Source: Tetramitus jugosus
Taxonomy: Eukaryota > Protista > Heterolobosea
Reading direction: 5' to 3'
Length of the DNA: 64,000 nt
Assembly: GCA_937625935.1 (NCBI GenBank)
Contig: OW569361.1
Coordinates: 310,001-374,000, forward strand
Shown here: positions 55,476-64,000 of the stretch, piece by piece
Numbering within the stretch: the first letter of the stretch is position 1
Layout: every line of letters starts with the position of its first letter
Program-made: the position numbers and the translations under genes
The notes under the pieces: model-generated
Databases searched by the model: none
Seen by the model: only the letters and a program-made list of their open reading frames with translations
What the model was told of the DNA's origin: nothing

Positions 55476-56507
55476 TTAATTCGCTTGATTATAAATCTTC
55501 ATCCATGTCTCTCTCATCTTCTTCAGTTCGTTCATTTCTGATTCGAAGAACTTGCCACTGTTCGGTGTTTCATATTGACGATCGTCCCATGGCTTCACAT
55601 GTACAAAGTGAAGGACACTTACATCCTTCTCCAAATCGTACGCATGAGGATAGTGCATCACATGCAATTGATCCACATTGTATCGGAAATCCAATCGAAC
55701 AAACTCCTTTCCATAATAAGAGTTCAACAGTCCCTGGTCGGCCTTGTCATAACTCTTCAATTCACCTGATTTCAATCCTTTGATCAATCGAGTAAACACA
55801 GATGCACTCGGCTTCAATACCATGAGACCCGAGTTAAAGTGATCGCAGCAGTCCATGGCGGCGGCCAATTGAAAATCATTGGGATTTGCAGATGAAGAAA
55901 GCACATCAAACAAGTGATCAATATTGTGCAACACAATCATATCTGCATCCAAGAAGATCACAGTAGAGAACTGAATGAGTTCATATACTCTCAGTTTCGT
56001 AAACGTATCTGCCCATCGACTCTGAACCGCTTCTGTATAGGGAGAAGCAATGCTCTGAACCATGATCGGTTCACATACTTTGTCTTGTTTCATTTGTGAT
56101 TGAACCGTGGTGGACACCGATGGAGTAACCATACAATAGAGCAGAGCTTTGGACTGGACACGTCGTAAACTCTGAGAAAGCGCGCGAACACCCTTGAAAT
56201 AATTGTCATTGGTCATCATGGTCACATAGGCCACCGACTGACCTGGTGGCGACGCACGTTGTCGCTTATGATTTGTAGTTTTGGAGGATGAATCACCAGA
56301 GAGAGTGGCTGATCGATCATTCCATTGTTGCTGTTGAAAGAGAATGAGTGTCAATGTGAGAAATTGGAAGAGAATGAGAGCAATGAGGATGGTGATGACA
56401 ATTTTGGAGTTGCGACTGGTGGGCCACCACCACGTGGAAGGACTAAAGCTGTTGATGATGGGAGTGGAGGATGGAGAGGCATGTTGATCCCGGGTGAGTG
56501 GCAACAT
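55476..56507 (-). CDS. Type II membrane glycosyltransferase family 8 (glycogenin-like)
   Basis: N-terminal transmembrane helix; AYVT...Y..G..AL..SL, FTKL, FLDAD, FNSGLMV.KPS, DQGLLN and LHFVHVKPW. Confidence 0.87.
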   Translation of the reverse strand: MLPLTRDQHASPSSTPIINSFSPSTWWWPTSRNSKIVITILIALILFQFLTLTLILFQQQQWNDRSATLSGDSSSKTTNHKRQRASPPGQSVAYVTMMTNDNYFKGVRALSQSLRRVQSKALLYCMVTPSVSTTVQSQMKQDKVCEPIMVQSIASPYTEAVQSRWADTFTKLRVYELIQFSTVIFLDADMIVLHNIDHLFDVLSSSANPNDFQLAAAMDCCDHFNSGLMVLKPSASVFTRLIKGLKSGELKSYDKADQGLLNSYYGKEFVRLDFRYNVDQLHVMHYPHAYDLEKDVSVLHFVHVKPWDDRQYETPNSGKFFESEMNELKKMRETWMKIYNQAN

Positions 56508-56564
56508 TGGATTCTTGAGGTGTTTTCTTTGGAGTTTTCTCCCTTGTCAGAAAGAAAAAGAGAT

Positions 56565-56638
56565 TGCGGGTTGTGAGGATCGAACTCACGACCTTAGGAT
56601 TATGAGACCTACGCGACTACCAGCTGCGCCAAACCCGC
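56565..56638 (-). tRNA. Elongator tRNA-Met (anticodon CAT)
   Basis: GCGGGTTTGGCGCAGCTGGTAGTCGCGTAGGTCTCATAATCCTAAGGTCGTGAGTTCGATCCTCACAACCCGCA folds as a cloverleaf with a paired acceptor stem and GTTCGA T-loop; a T-run follows. Confidence 0.95.
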
Positions 56639-56710
56639 TTCTATTTTCATTTTCCTCAATTATTGACAGTTTTGTCCTAAAATCGGTTACACCCAGGGGC
56701 AAGCACAAAA

Positions 56711-56829
56711 GCCTACATTACTGAGGGTTCTCGAGTAGTCTCCTATCTCAATACTAACTCAGCCAGATGGTGCTTAACTTCTCTATTCGAAATGGGAAGA
56801 GGTGGTTCCACCATTGTATGAACGTAGAC
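56711..56829 (-). rRNA. 5S rRNA (119 nt)
   Basis: GUCUAC...AUAC...GAAGUUAAGC...GUUAGUA...GGAGAC...GAA...UGUAGGC. The ends pair (helix I) and TTTT follows at 56707-56710. Confidence 0.93.
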
Positions 56830-56830
56830 A

Positions 56831-57056
56831 TCAATGACATAAGTTGGATCGACTTACGCGCTGTTCCCTGGGAAATGACCAGAAGGATGTGTTGATGGAA
56901 GGAGCTGGTTGTGCACGGTCGCAAGAAGAGGGAAACAAAGTTAAAAGGCTGGTGAATGCAACGAAGAGGTCTTGCATCAAAAGGTTACATAAACTGCGGT
57001 TCTGAGCGACGACACGTCTCGCTGTAGTGTATAGAATAAAGGGGCAACAAATGTTG
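56831..57056 (+). mobile_element. Short 5'-truncated 3' end of a non-LTR retrotransposon (copy A), abutting the 5S 5' end
   Basis: Encodes ...KVKRLVNATKRSCIKRLHKL, homologous to KIRRVIDSVKRSCIKALYKI of copy B. Its 3' end 57024-57056 is 30/33 identical to 58142-58174. Possible 7-bp TSD GTAGACA (56824-56830 / 57057-57063). Confidence 0.7.
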
Positions 57057-57100
57057 GTAGACAGTCATTATGTCCTTGTAATTTTTGGCGCCGGTGTGCC

Positions 57101-58114
57101 CTTGGTTGGTGCGCCAAACTACTCCATGGCTGTGGTGTCACAATCACGACCGACAATTGTCACGAATGCGAGAGATGCAGCATTGGTTGGTGCCTTCCCA
57201 CCGGCGACGCAAGGCTCCTCCGAGGTAGTGGGATCTTTAAGAACCATCAGCTTTTTGATGAGGATGGTATCATGACTGTACCCTACAAAGAAGCGAAGTC
57301 AAAGTTTAAGATGGTTGGTATAGGACCAAAAAGGTACATGAGGATTCGTGCCTACATGGAGCTGCTTGGTAAACCATGCGATGAAAAGTGGATTGATCAA
57401 AGAGTTGCACGGCAAGAGATCTCAGTGATTGTCAGTGACAGGGAGATTGTTGAGAATAACATCAGGAAGGGTTTGACTGATCACTTCTCAACGGAAAGGA
57501 GTGGAAATATCTCAAAGCACGCGGAATGGTGGCTGGAAGCTGCATTGCAGCAAGACAAGGGGTGGAACAACTTTCTCAAATGCCCTTTTGGTCTGGAAAG
57601 AAGGGAAATGTGGTTCTATCACCAGGTGAGGAGTGGAACTCTCCATACAAGAACTGGTATTCGTATGCTGTATAATTCATCGATGGATGTCACTTGCACA
57701 CACTGTTGCGCGGCTCCAGAAACCATAGTTCATCTTCTTGTGGAATGCGAACCTGCAAGGGTAGCAAGAAGCAAGTTGGTTGAAGAGCTGAGGGAGAAAT
57801 TGAGCAAGCTGAGTTTGCCAGGCTCGATCAAGGTTCCCATATGGTTCGAGGATGTTTTATATGAAAGTGGAAAGATTCAACCACGAAATGTTAAGCGAAC
57901 TCCTGAAGGTACACTACAGGGACTGATGGGTAAGGAAGGAGACTTCCAGGAGGTGTTCCTAGACGAAATGAAGCTCTCCGGTAAGAAGAGAAGTGAAGCA
58001 GAGAAAAAGATCAGGAGAGTCATTGACTCAGTCAAAAGGTCGTGCATCAAGGCACTATACAAGATATATATCAACTCTGTCGCGCGGAGGAGTGAAACAC
58101 TGCTCGTCACCTAA
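57101..58114 (+). pseudogene. Truncated ORF2 C-terminus (post-RT region + zf-RVT CCHC finger) of copy B
   Basis: The frame is open from the TSD, not only from ATG 57272. GIFKNHQLFDEDG...KFKM...YMRIR resembles the L1/Tx1 post-RT segment; CTHC...ETIVHLLVEC is the zinc knuckle. No RT or endonuclease domain remains. Confidence 0.8.
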
Positions 58115-58195
58115 CGGTGCCGAGCGGAATCATGACTCATAGTAGAGTATAGAATAAAGTGGCAACAAACGTTGTATGGAAAAAAAAAAAAAAAA
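57102..58195 (+). mobile_element. 5'-truncated L1/Tx1-like non-LTR retrotransposon (copy B) with poly(A) tail and TSD
   Basis: A16 tail at 58180-58195 preceded by AATAAA. Flanking direct repeat GGCGCCGGT(G/C)TGCCC at 57087-57101 and 58196-58210. ORF2 C-terminal frame is open. Confidence 0.9.
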
Positions 58196-58320
58196 GGCGC
58201 CGGTCTGCCCATCATTTGTTGGCCCTAGACGCTGTTCGACGAATTGCGCTAATACTTGGTTTATGATAAAAGCAATAGACTCTTACGTTTAAGTCGCGTT
58301 GCTTATTTGTTCCGATTTAT

Positions 58321-58641
58321 TCAGAAAACATTCATGCTTTGTCTCAATCGCTCTTGAGCCGTATGGCAATACTCTTGCTTAAAAAAATTGTATCCTTCTG
58401 GCATCAATTCATTCATCTTGTTTTTGACATCTTCCACAGTCATAGTTCCCCTGCACTGTATGAGCGTAGACATTAAACATATTGTTTCACAGAGTTTGGC
58501 TTTCGCGAATTTGGCGTCTGGGGAAAACGTTCGGACATCTGATGCAGATATTCCGAACGTCGGGCAGCAGTTTAGTGACATCATTGTCATCGCTACGAAA
58601 AAAAGAGGAACCCAACCGTTCCCACAAACAACATCTCTCAT
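58321..58641 (-). CDS. Possible small Cys-containing secreted protein
   Basis: ~106-aa ORF with a hydrophobic N-terminal stretch that fills the gap between the retroelement and the patatin gene; no family recognised. Confidence 0.35.
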   Translation of the reverse strand: MRDVVCGNGWVPLFFVAMTMMSLNCCPTFGISASDVRTFSPDAKFAKAKLCETICLMSTLIQCRGTMTVEDVKNKMNELMPEGYNFFKQEYCHTAQERLRQSMNVF

Positions 58642-58659
58642 TTTTTGCAACAACAACAA

Positions 58660-59640
58660 ATGAACCAATTCCTTTGTCTGACACTGGGCTCCCTATTATT
58701 GCTCATCCTCTCTTGTGCAACTCTCTCATTGGCTGCCACTGCTGAGCAAAAATCTCCTCAAATCTGCCGTGCACTTGCACTGGGTGGTGGAGGAGACAGA
58801 GGAGCTTACGAAGCAGGTGTCATCAAAGCTCTCGTTGCTCTATTGCCTGCTGAGCAAGTCAGATACGATGTTGTGACTGGTATTAGTGCTGGATCCATCA
58901 ATGCAGCTGGTTTCTCTCAATTTGCACTTGGTCAAGAGAAACAAGCCTCTCAATTCTTGGTTGACCAATGGTTGAGAATCAAGAGAACTGATATTTACAA
59001 GAACTGGATTCCTGGTGGTATCGTTGAGGGTTTTGCTCTCAAGAGTGGCTTGTTGGACACGAGTCCTTTGCGCGCTACTCTGAAGCAATTGTTGAATTTG
59101 GAAAATGTAAAGAATTCTGGTCGTCGATTGCACGTGGGAACAACCAATTTGAATCAAGCTTCCGTCCAGTTCTTCAATGAAACGAGCAGCAATCTGATTG
59201 ATGGTATCATGGCCAGTAGTGCTGTTCCAGGAGTGTTTCCTGCAGTGATCATTAATGGAGAGAGCTTTGTTGACGGTGGTGTCGAGTACATGGATGCCAT
59301 CTCTGATTCCGTTCGTCTCTGCTTTGACAAGTATGACAATGATACCAGTATTCAAGTTCAGTTGGATGTCATTTTGGCAATCAGTGACGTGGGCTATCCA
59401 AAGTTCTTGGACGCCTTTAAGACAACTCCATTCATTCTTACTCAATCATTGTTCACAATGGCAAACAATATCTTGATTGCTGATATTCAGAACACTAAGG
59501 TAGCATTCCCAAAGACCAAGGTCAGAGTGTTTAAGCCAAGTTCTTGGCTCCCAGGATGGTTCCTAGGCTTTAGTAGTGCCGAGGAGATGATCCAGAGAGG
59601 TTATGACGATGCTGTCAAGATTCTTAAAGAAAGTCATTAA
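58660..59640 (+). CDS. Secreted patatin-like phospholipase
   Basis: Signal peptide; GGGGDRGAYEAG, GISAG nucleophile elbow, ASSAVPGVFP and DGG. Confidence 0.9.
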   Translation: MNQFLCLTLGSLLLLILSCATLSLAATAEQKSPQICRALALGGGGDRGAYEAGVIKALVALLPAEQVRYDVVTGISAGSINAAGFSQFALGQEKQASQFLVDQWLRIKRTDIYKNWIPGGIVEGFALKSGLLDTSPLRATLKQLLNLENVKNSGRRLHVGTTNLNQASVQFFNETSSNLIDGIMASSAVPGVFPAVIINGESFVDGGVEYMDAISDSVRLCFDKYDNDTSIQVQLDVILAISDVGYPKFLDAFKTTPFILTQSLFTMANNILIADIQNTKVAFPKTKVRVFKPSSWLPGWFLGFSSAEEMIQRGYDDAVKILKESH

Positions 59641-59738
59641 GGAGCAACGATCACGAACATTCAACCTAAATTTTGATCCTTTGCGATCACTGTACTTTAG
59701 CAAGATTATGTCAGATGCAATCCAAAAAACATAAATAT

Positions 59739-62700
59739 TTATTCGTCTGTAGATGGCTCGTCACCGTTATTTTGAAAAGCAGCAAGTTTGTTCTCTAGCT
59801 GTTCAACAATCTCCATCATGTCATCGTTATCACGTTCTTGTTCCTCAATCTTTTGAGTTTTCTCGACAATCTGGTTGTTAAGCTCTGTTATTTCTTCATC
59901 TCGTGCGAGGAGCAGCTGCTGATTGTCTGACAGCTGTTGTTCTAATTGCTTCACGATCAATTCCAGAGGGAGGAGCTCTGCAATTCTCTGATCCTTTTGA
60001 GCAATTTCATGTTTTAAGTTTTCAATCTCACTAAATCGTTGCCCAAACTGAGTTTGCAGCTGGGAAATGAATTTGTCCTTGTCTTCCAGAAGTCTTCTCA
60101 TTTTAGCGATTTCTTCACTAGATTCGTTTTGTTGCTTGAGTGAAGTTTGCACCTCGATCTGATGCTGTTGATTGATATCTGAGAGTTGAGTCTGTAATTG
60201 ATTGACCACATTTTTCAATTCATGAATTTCTGAATCCTTCGTCGAATGCGCAGTCTCTGATTGCTGTAGTGACTCTTGCAGTGTACCAAGCTTGGCTTGT
60301 AGTTGTTGAGTTTGCGCAACTTGTTCACTCAGTTGATTCAATTGAGATTGCAGTGATTCCTTCTCTTGCTTCAATTTCCTGCTCTTTGACTCTTCATCTT
60401 TCCATTGCTTCTGATATCTTGTGGAATCTGCTTCCTTCTCATCGAATAGTGTTTGAATTTGTTCATATGCTGTTGATAAGTTCTCCAACTCTTGTTCCTT
60501 ATTGTTTAGTTGAAGATTGAGAGCTTTGATGTTCTGTTCAGATATGTTTCCTTGTGCAGTAATTTCTGACTGTTTCTCCTGTAATGAGTGGGTCAATTGT
60601 TCAATTTGGATTTGAAGGTTCTTAATCTCTTCTGTGTGTTGCTCTTCCAGTAAACTTGTGTTATTTTGTTCCTGTTGCAACTTTTCTTTCTCTTGTTTCA
60701 CTTTTTGCAATTGCTCCTCCAGGGTAGTCATGTTGCGCTTACTCTCATCCAGCGATGATTGTAGGCCTGTTGTTTGCTCTTTTAGTTGTTTAACTTCTTC
60801 TTCTTGTTGCTTAATGATTGATTTTAGCTCGTTTAGAGCTGTTTCATCGACAACAGGAGTTGCTGGTTTTGGAGGCTCGACTATTGGAGAGCGGTTAGGC
60901 CGATCCGTGTTCGGTGTTGATGGGATGAACTTTTCAGGATTAGCAAAGAATGATACAATATTACTGTGGACATCGGAGGCAAAAGTAGCAAAGGTAGAGT
61001 CGTAAACATTAAAACCAGTGGGTTGAGCAGGTAATGTTTGAAGCATCGATGTCGCATCAACTTGGAGCGCAATGTTGAATTCATGAGTGGTTGAAAGCTG
61101 ATTCCAGAGCTGATTTAAGCGATCAATGCCAACACGCTTAGACACTGTGTCAACCAAGCTTTCTTTGGAAAAGCCTGCCACATTGTCATCATCTCCCTCA
61201 TATTCGATACAGAGCAAACCCAAAATAAGACTGCCCAATCCTTGAGTGTGAACAGTTGCATATTCCCATGTGCTCTTTGGAGATACAAGCTCGAGGAAAA
61301 ATAGTAGGTTTGAATTGTTCGTCATAAATGCACGAGCAGAGGCTGGAGACCCACTAATCCAATAGCACAATAGCTGCAGTAATCCTAATCCCAGTGTTTC
61401 GTGGATTCTTGATTTCGTTGCTTGTAGCGTAGCTTTTATCAGACACTCGAAGAAAGGAATCGGTCTCTTGCCCTTATTCACTTCGTATGGCAACTCTAAC
61501 AAAATATCCTTACACTTGTTATTTTGGCGAAGAATCTGACTCAGAACAGAAGCGCCATGAAAGCTCTCTGCAATATGGTGCTTTGGCTTATCATAGCTTA
61601 ACACAGCATTGGCCAGTGTAATACCACATAACATTCCCTCTTCGGCAGATGATGCTACTAATGTGGGAGCTTTGATCGTCGATGCAATAATGAACTGTCC
61701 CTCCTTATTATCAAACAAGAATTTGCGCAAGCAGTCATTTGCGATCTGTCTCTTCAGTTCATTTTCATCATAGAGCACAATTCTAACAAGTCTAACAATC
61801 GCTGCTTCCATAACTTCACTTCTCGGTCGTTCAAACGTAAAAGATTCCAAAATTTCTTGGGCAGGTTTGAACTGATACACAATCAATCCGAGAATGAACA
61901 ATGCAATATATGAAATGGTCACATTTTCGAAATCTACGAGTGCCAATGCAATAATATTGTTCAAAATGCCCGTATTGCACAACACCAACTTCATCTCATC
62001 ACTTCGTCTCGGATCCTTGATCAACTCATACACAATTTCCAACGTGGTCATAATAATTTTCACTTTGTGGTCACTCAGTGAACAATTGGCGTACATGTCC
62101 GTGGTGGGAGACACTGGCGTCGTCACATTATCACCCACTGTTCTCTTCACTGGCAACAACAAGTGATACAGGTATTGAACGCACTTGATTTCGTTCAAAT
62201 ACTTTTGATTCGACTCATTTTCATAAATGAGATTGAATATGATTTGCAAACAGAGAATGACATTGATTCCACCATCGGTGCCTCCTTCCTCAAAAATAAT
62301 GTGAAACAATTTCTGGAACGTTTCCTCAAATACAATAATCTTTTTCACTTCTTGACTGCCCAGCATGCTCAACTCATTCAACAGTTGCATTCCCTGACTC
62401 TGTATCGTCTCTCTCTGATCCACCAACGTGGACACCAGTATCGGTATCACTGACTCTGACAGAATGGCCTGTTGCACCAAATTGGCATTGTGTCGGAGTA
62501 ATAGACTCAACAATTGCAACGTGTACAGCATGAGACGAGTGTACTCTCTCGTATTGTTATGCAACAAATTCAACACAATACTCAAGTAATGAGATTGACT
62601 GACAATGACTGACATGTATTGTTCACCCATCTTGGGGCATGACACCAAATTCCACACAATCAACAACACTTGACTCGTAAACACATGATCATCTCTCTGA

Positions 62701-62957
62701 CTGTTCAACAATTGAACCATTTTTTGAAAGCTTTCATTGTTGGAGAATTGTTTGGTTCGATTGGGTTGAGAACTCAGTTCGACCAGCTCTTCCAGTGCTT
62801 CCATCTTGTCTTCGTACATTTGACTTGATTCGACACGTTGAACCAATTGAGCTACACTTGTGTTGCTATTGTTGTTATTATCATTGTGATCCTCATTGTT
62901 CATGTCATCATCATCATCACCATTGTTGGTTTTGATGGCGTTCAATATCCAATCCAT
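59739..62957 (-). CDS. USO1: General vesicular transport factor p115/Uso1
   Basis: ARM head (VAQLVQRVESS, VKKIIVFEETFQKLFHII.EEGG.DGG, N..NQKY), long coiled coil and acidic tail. Confidence 0.85.
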   Translation of the reverse strand: MDWILNAIKTNNGDDDDDMNNEDHNDNNNNSNTSVAQLVQRVESSQMYEDKMEALEELVELSSQPNRTKQFSNNESFQKMVQLLNSQRDDHVFTSQVLLIVWNLVSCPKMGEQYMSVIVSQSHYLSIVLNLLHNNTREYTRLMLYTLQLLSLLLRHNANLVQQAILSESVIPILVSTLVDQRETIQSQGMQLLNELSMLGSQEVKKIIVFEETFQKLFHIIFEEGGTDGGINVILCLQIIFNLIYENESNQKYLNEIKCVQYLYHLLLPVKRTVGDNVTTPVSPTTDMYANCSLSDHKVKIIMTTLEIVYELIKDPRRSDEMKLVLCNTGILNNIIALALVDFENVTISYIALFILGLIVYQFKPAQEILESFTFERPRSEVMEAAIVRLVRIVLYDENELKRQIANDCLRKFLFDNKEGQFIIASTIKAPTLVASSAEEGMLCGITLANAVLSYDKPKHHIAESFHGASVLSQILRQNNKCKDILLELPYEVNKGKRPIPFFECLIKATLQATKSRIHETLGLGLLQLLCYWISGSPASARAFMTNNSNLLFFLELVSPKSTWEYATVHTQGLGSLILGLLCIEYEGDDDNVAGFSKESLVDTVSKRVGIDRLNQLWNQLSTTHEFNIALQVDATSMLQTLPAQPTGFNVYDSTFATFASDVHSNIVSFFANPEKFIPSTPNTDRPNRSPIVEPPKPATPVVDETALNELKSIIKQQEEEVKQLKEQTTGLQSSLDESKRNMTTLEEQLQKVKQEKEKLQQEQNNTSLLEEQHTEEIKNLQIQIEQLTHSLQEKQSEITAQGNISEQNIKALNLQLNNKEQELENLSTAYEQIQTLFDEKEADSTRYQKQWKDEESKSRKLKQEKESLQSQLNQLSEQVAQTQQLQAKLGTLQESLQQSETAHSTKDSEIHELKNVVNQLQTQLSDINQQHQIEVQTSLKQQNESSEEIAKMRRLLEDKDKFISQLQTQFGQRFSEIENLKHEIAQKDQRIAELLPLELIVKQLEQQLSDNQQLLLARDEEITELNNQIVEKTQKIEEQERDNDDMMEIVEQLENKLAAFQNNGDEPSTDE

Positions 62958-63137
62958 GTTTTAGCTGCTTTTGTTTGTGTTGTTGGTGTTTTTTTTGATG
63001 ATCTCCTGCCTCAGTTCTGTTGGAAGGATTTTCTGTTTTCACAGAAGGGAAACTTTTTTGGGTTCAACGAGAAGATTCGAATAAATTTTGTTGTTGGTCA
63101 AATTGTTGCGTTGAGTTGCTTGCCCATGAGCTATTCT

Positions 63138-64000
63138 TTATTGGTTGAACAAGGACTCCAGTAGGAGAGGAATAATGGCGGTGGGTGTGCTGCTCTGTTG
63201 CTTCTTCTTTTTCCGATTGGCAATCACGTTGGCAATGACAGAGTTGGGACCCAGTAGTTTGATTCCAAATGTTTGTAGGATCAAATTCGTGAGCAGTGCT
63301 GCGATTCCCAAAGTGCTTACCACAATGACCAACAAGATGATAACTTTGGAGCAAGCGAGGTTTCTGTACAGACTACTCATTTCTTTCTTGGCTCGTTTCA
63401 TACCGGTTCCCACTTCGTTGACCTCACGTTCAAACATGTCCAGCTTTTCCCTCTGAGCTTTCAATCTTGCTGCAGCTCTCTCTCCAATTTGAATCGTGTC
63501 TTCATTCAAGTCAACCATGAAGGCCAATCGATCCAAATTATCGGACTGCAGATCCACAATTTGCTGCATCTGTTGGGGATACTCCTCTGTAATGTTAATC
63601 TCTCCATCTGTGCATGGTGAAGCTCCTTCTCTTGCATTGCTACTCAATAGTTTTTGTCTGTCGCTGAAGTTGGGAGAAGACAAGTCCTTCAACTCTGAAA
63701 ATTCTTTTTCAAGTTTTGTAATTCGGTTCTTCAATCGATTCAAATCCACTTCATACACAATTCGTTGCTGTGGTTCCGCACGGTAAAACACTTGCTCTAC
63801 TCTTTCCAAAGCTTCCTTGGCTCTGGTCAGAGCTTCTTCTGCTTTCCTACTCTTTCGGTCTCTGAGGGGAGCAAGAGTCGAAGATGTTTTGGAAAATTTG
63901 AACAGTCGTTTTCTCAACTCCTTCACTTGTTTTTCCAATGAGTCGAAGAGTGTGGGTAGGGCGATGATTGGTTCATCCAACACAGCAATGGTGTAATGAT
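63138..64000 (-). CDS. Q-SNARE (Vti1/NPSN-like), 5' end outside the window
   Basis: Helical N-terminal bundle, SNARE motif IGERAAARLKAQREKL and a C-terminal transmembrane helix; the frame is open to the window edge. Confidence 0.75.
   Translation of the reverse strand, partial: HYTIAVLDEPIIALPTLFDSLEKQVKELRKRLFKFSKTSSTLAPLRDRKSRKAEEALTRAKEALERVEQVFYRAEPQQRIVYEVDLNRLKNRITKLEKEFSELKDLSSPNFSDRQKLLSSNAREGASPCTDGEINITEEYPQQMQQIVDLQSDNLDRLAFMVDLNEDTIQIGERAAARLKAQREKLDMFEREVNEVGTGMKRAKKEMSSLYRNLACSKVIILLVIVVSTLGIAALLTNLILQTFGIKLLGPNSVIANVIANRKKKKQQSSTPTAIIPLLLESLFNQ

Noticed and set aside
48087-56829. Proximity of RPL5 (5S-binding protein) to the 5S gene
   Set aside because: They are ~8 kb apart with four unrelated genes between them; probably coincidence.
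57079-57101. Sm-site-like AATTTTTGG suggesting an snRNA or spliced-leader RNA target for the retroelement
   Set aside because: In the reconstructed empty site it lies ~20 bp from the 5S start, leaving no room for an snRNA/SL 5' domain, and no U1/U2/U4/U5 signature is present.
57087-57240. GC-rich 5' part of copy B as an HDV-like ribozyme or 5' UTR
   Set aside because: The ORF2 frame runs open through it up to the TSD, so it is better explained as truncated coding sequence; I could not build the nested pseudoknot.
561-63786. Numerous 60-200-aa overlapping ORFs rich in poly-L/V/C/I/M
   Set aside because: They are alternate-frame or antisense readings of coding trinucleotide repeats within real genes.
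1-64000. Alternative genetic code, stop read-through, CRISPR arrays or prokaryotic operons
   Set aside because: TAA, TAG and TGA all terminate conserved genes at expected positions, split ORFs are explained by GT-AG introns, and no repeat-spacer array is visible.

Overview
Gene-dense, intron-poor eukaryotic (protist) nuclear DNA in the standard genetic code. It has short intergenic gaps, short spliceosomal introns (mostly GTATGT...AG) and many poly-N/Q/S/T/H tracts. The style resembles Heterolobosea (Naegleria-like), but the taxon is my inference. About 37 protein genes are present, mostly housekeeping (ATG13, TSET TSAUCER/TASH3, Rab11-like, DHX37, LZTFL1, Trk, LSm6, TFIIB, RPS14, RPL5, NDUFV1, USP5, DNAJC11, USO1 and others). 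Three things stand out. (1) At 56.5-58.2 kb, a tRNA-Met and a 5S rRNA gene lie on the minus strand, with two diverged, 5'-truncated L1/Tx1-like non-LTR retrotransposon copies stacked head-to-head directly upstream of the 5S gene. One copy has a poly(A) tail and a target-site duplication, which suggests an element family that targets Pol III (5S) genes. (2) At 33.6-34.7 kb, a secreted HAP2/GCS1 (fusexin)-like protein appears to keep only domains I/II and lacks the fusion loop, domain III and the membrane anchor. (3) At 46.7-48.0 kb, there is a Chlamydia-type tRNA-guanine transglycosylase with a mitochondrial-like presequence. All homology calls come from motif recognition by eye; no searches were run.
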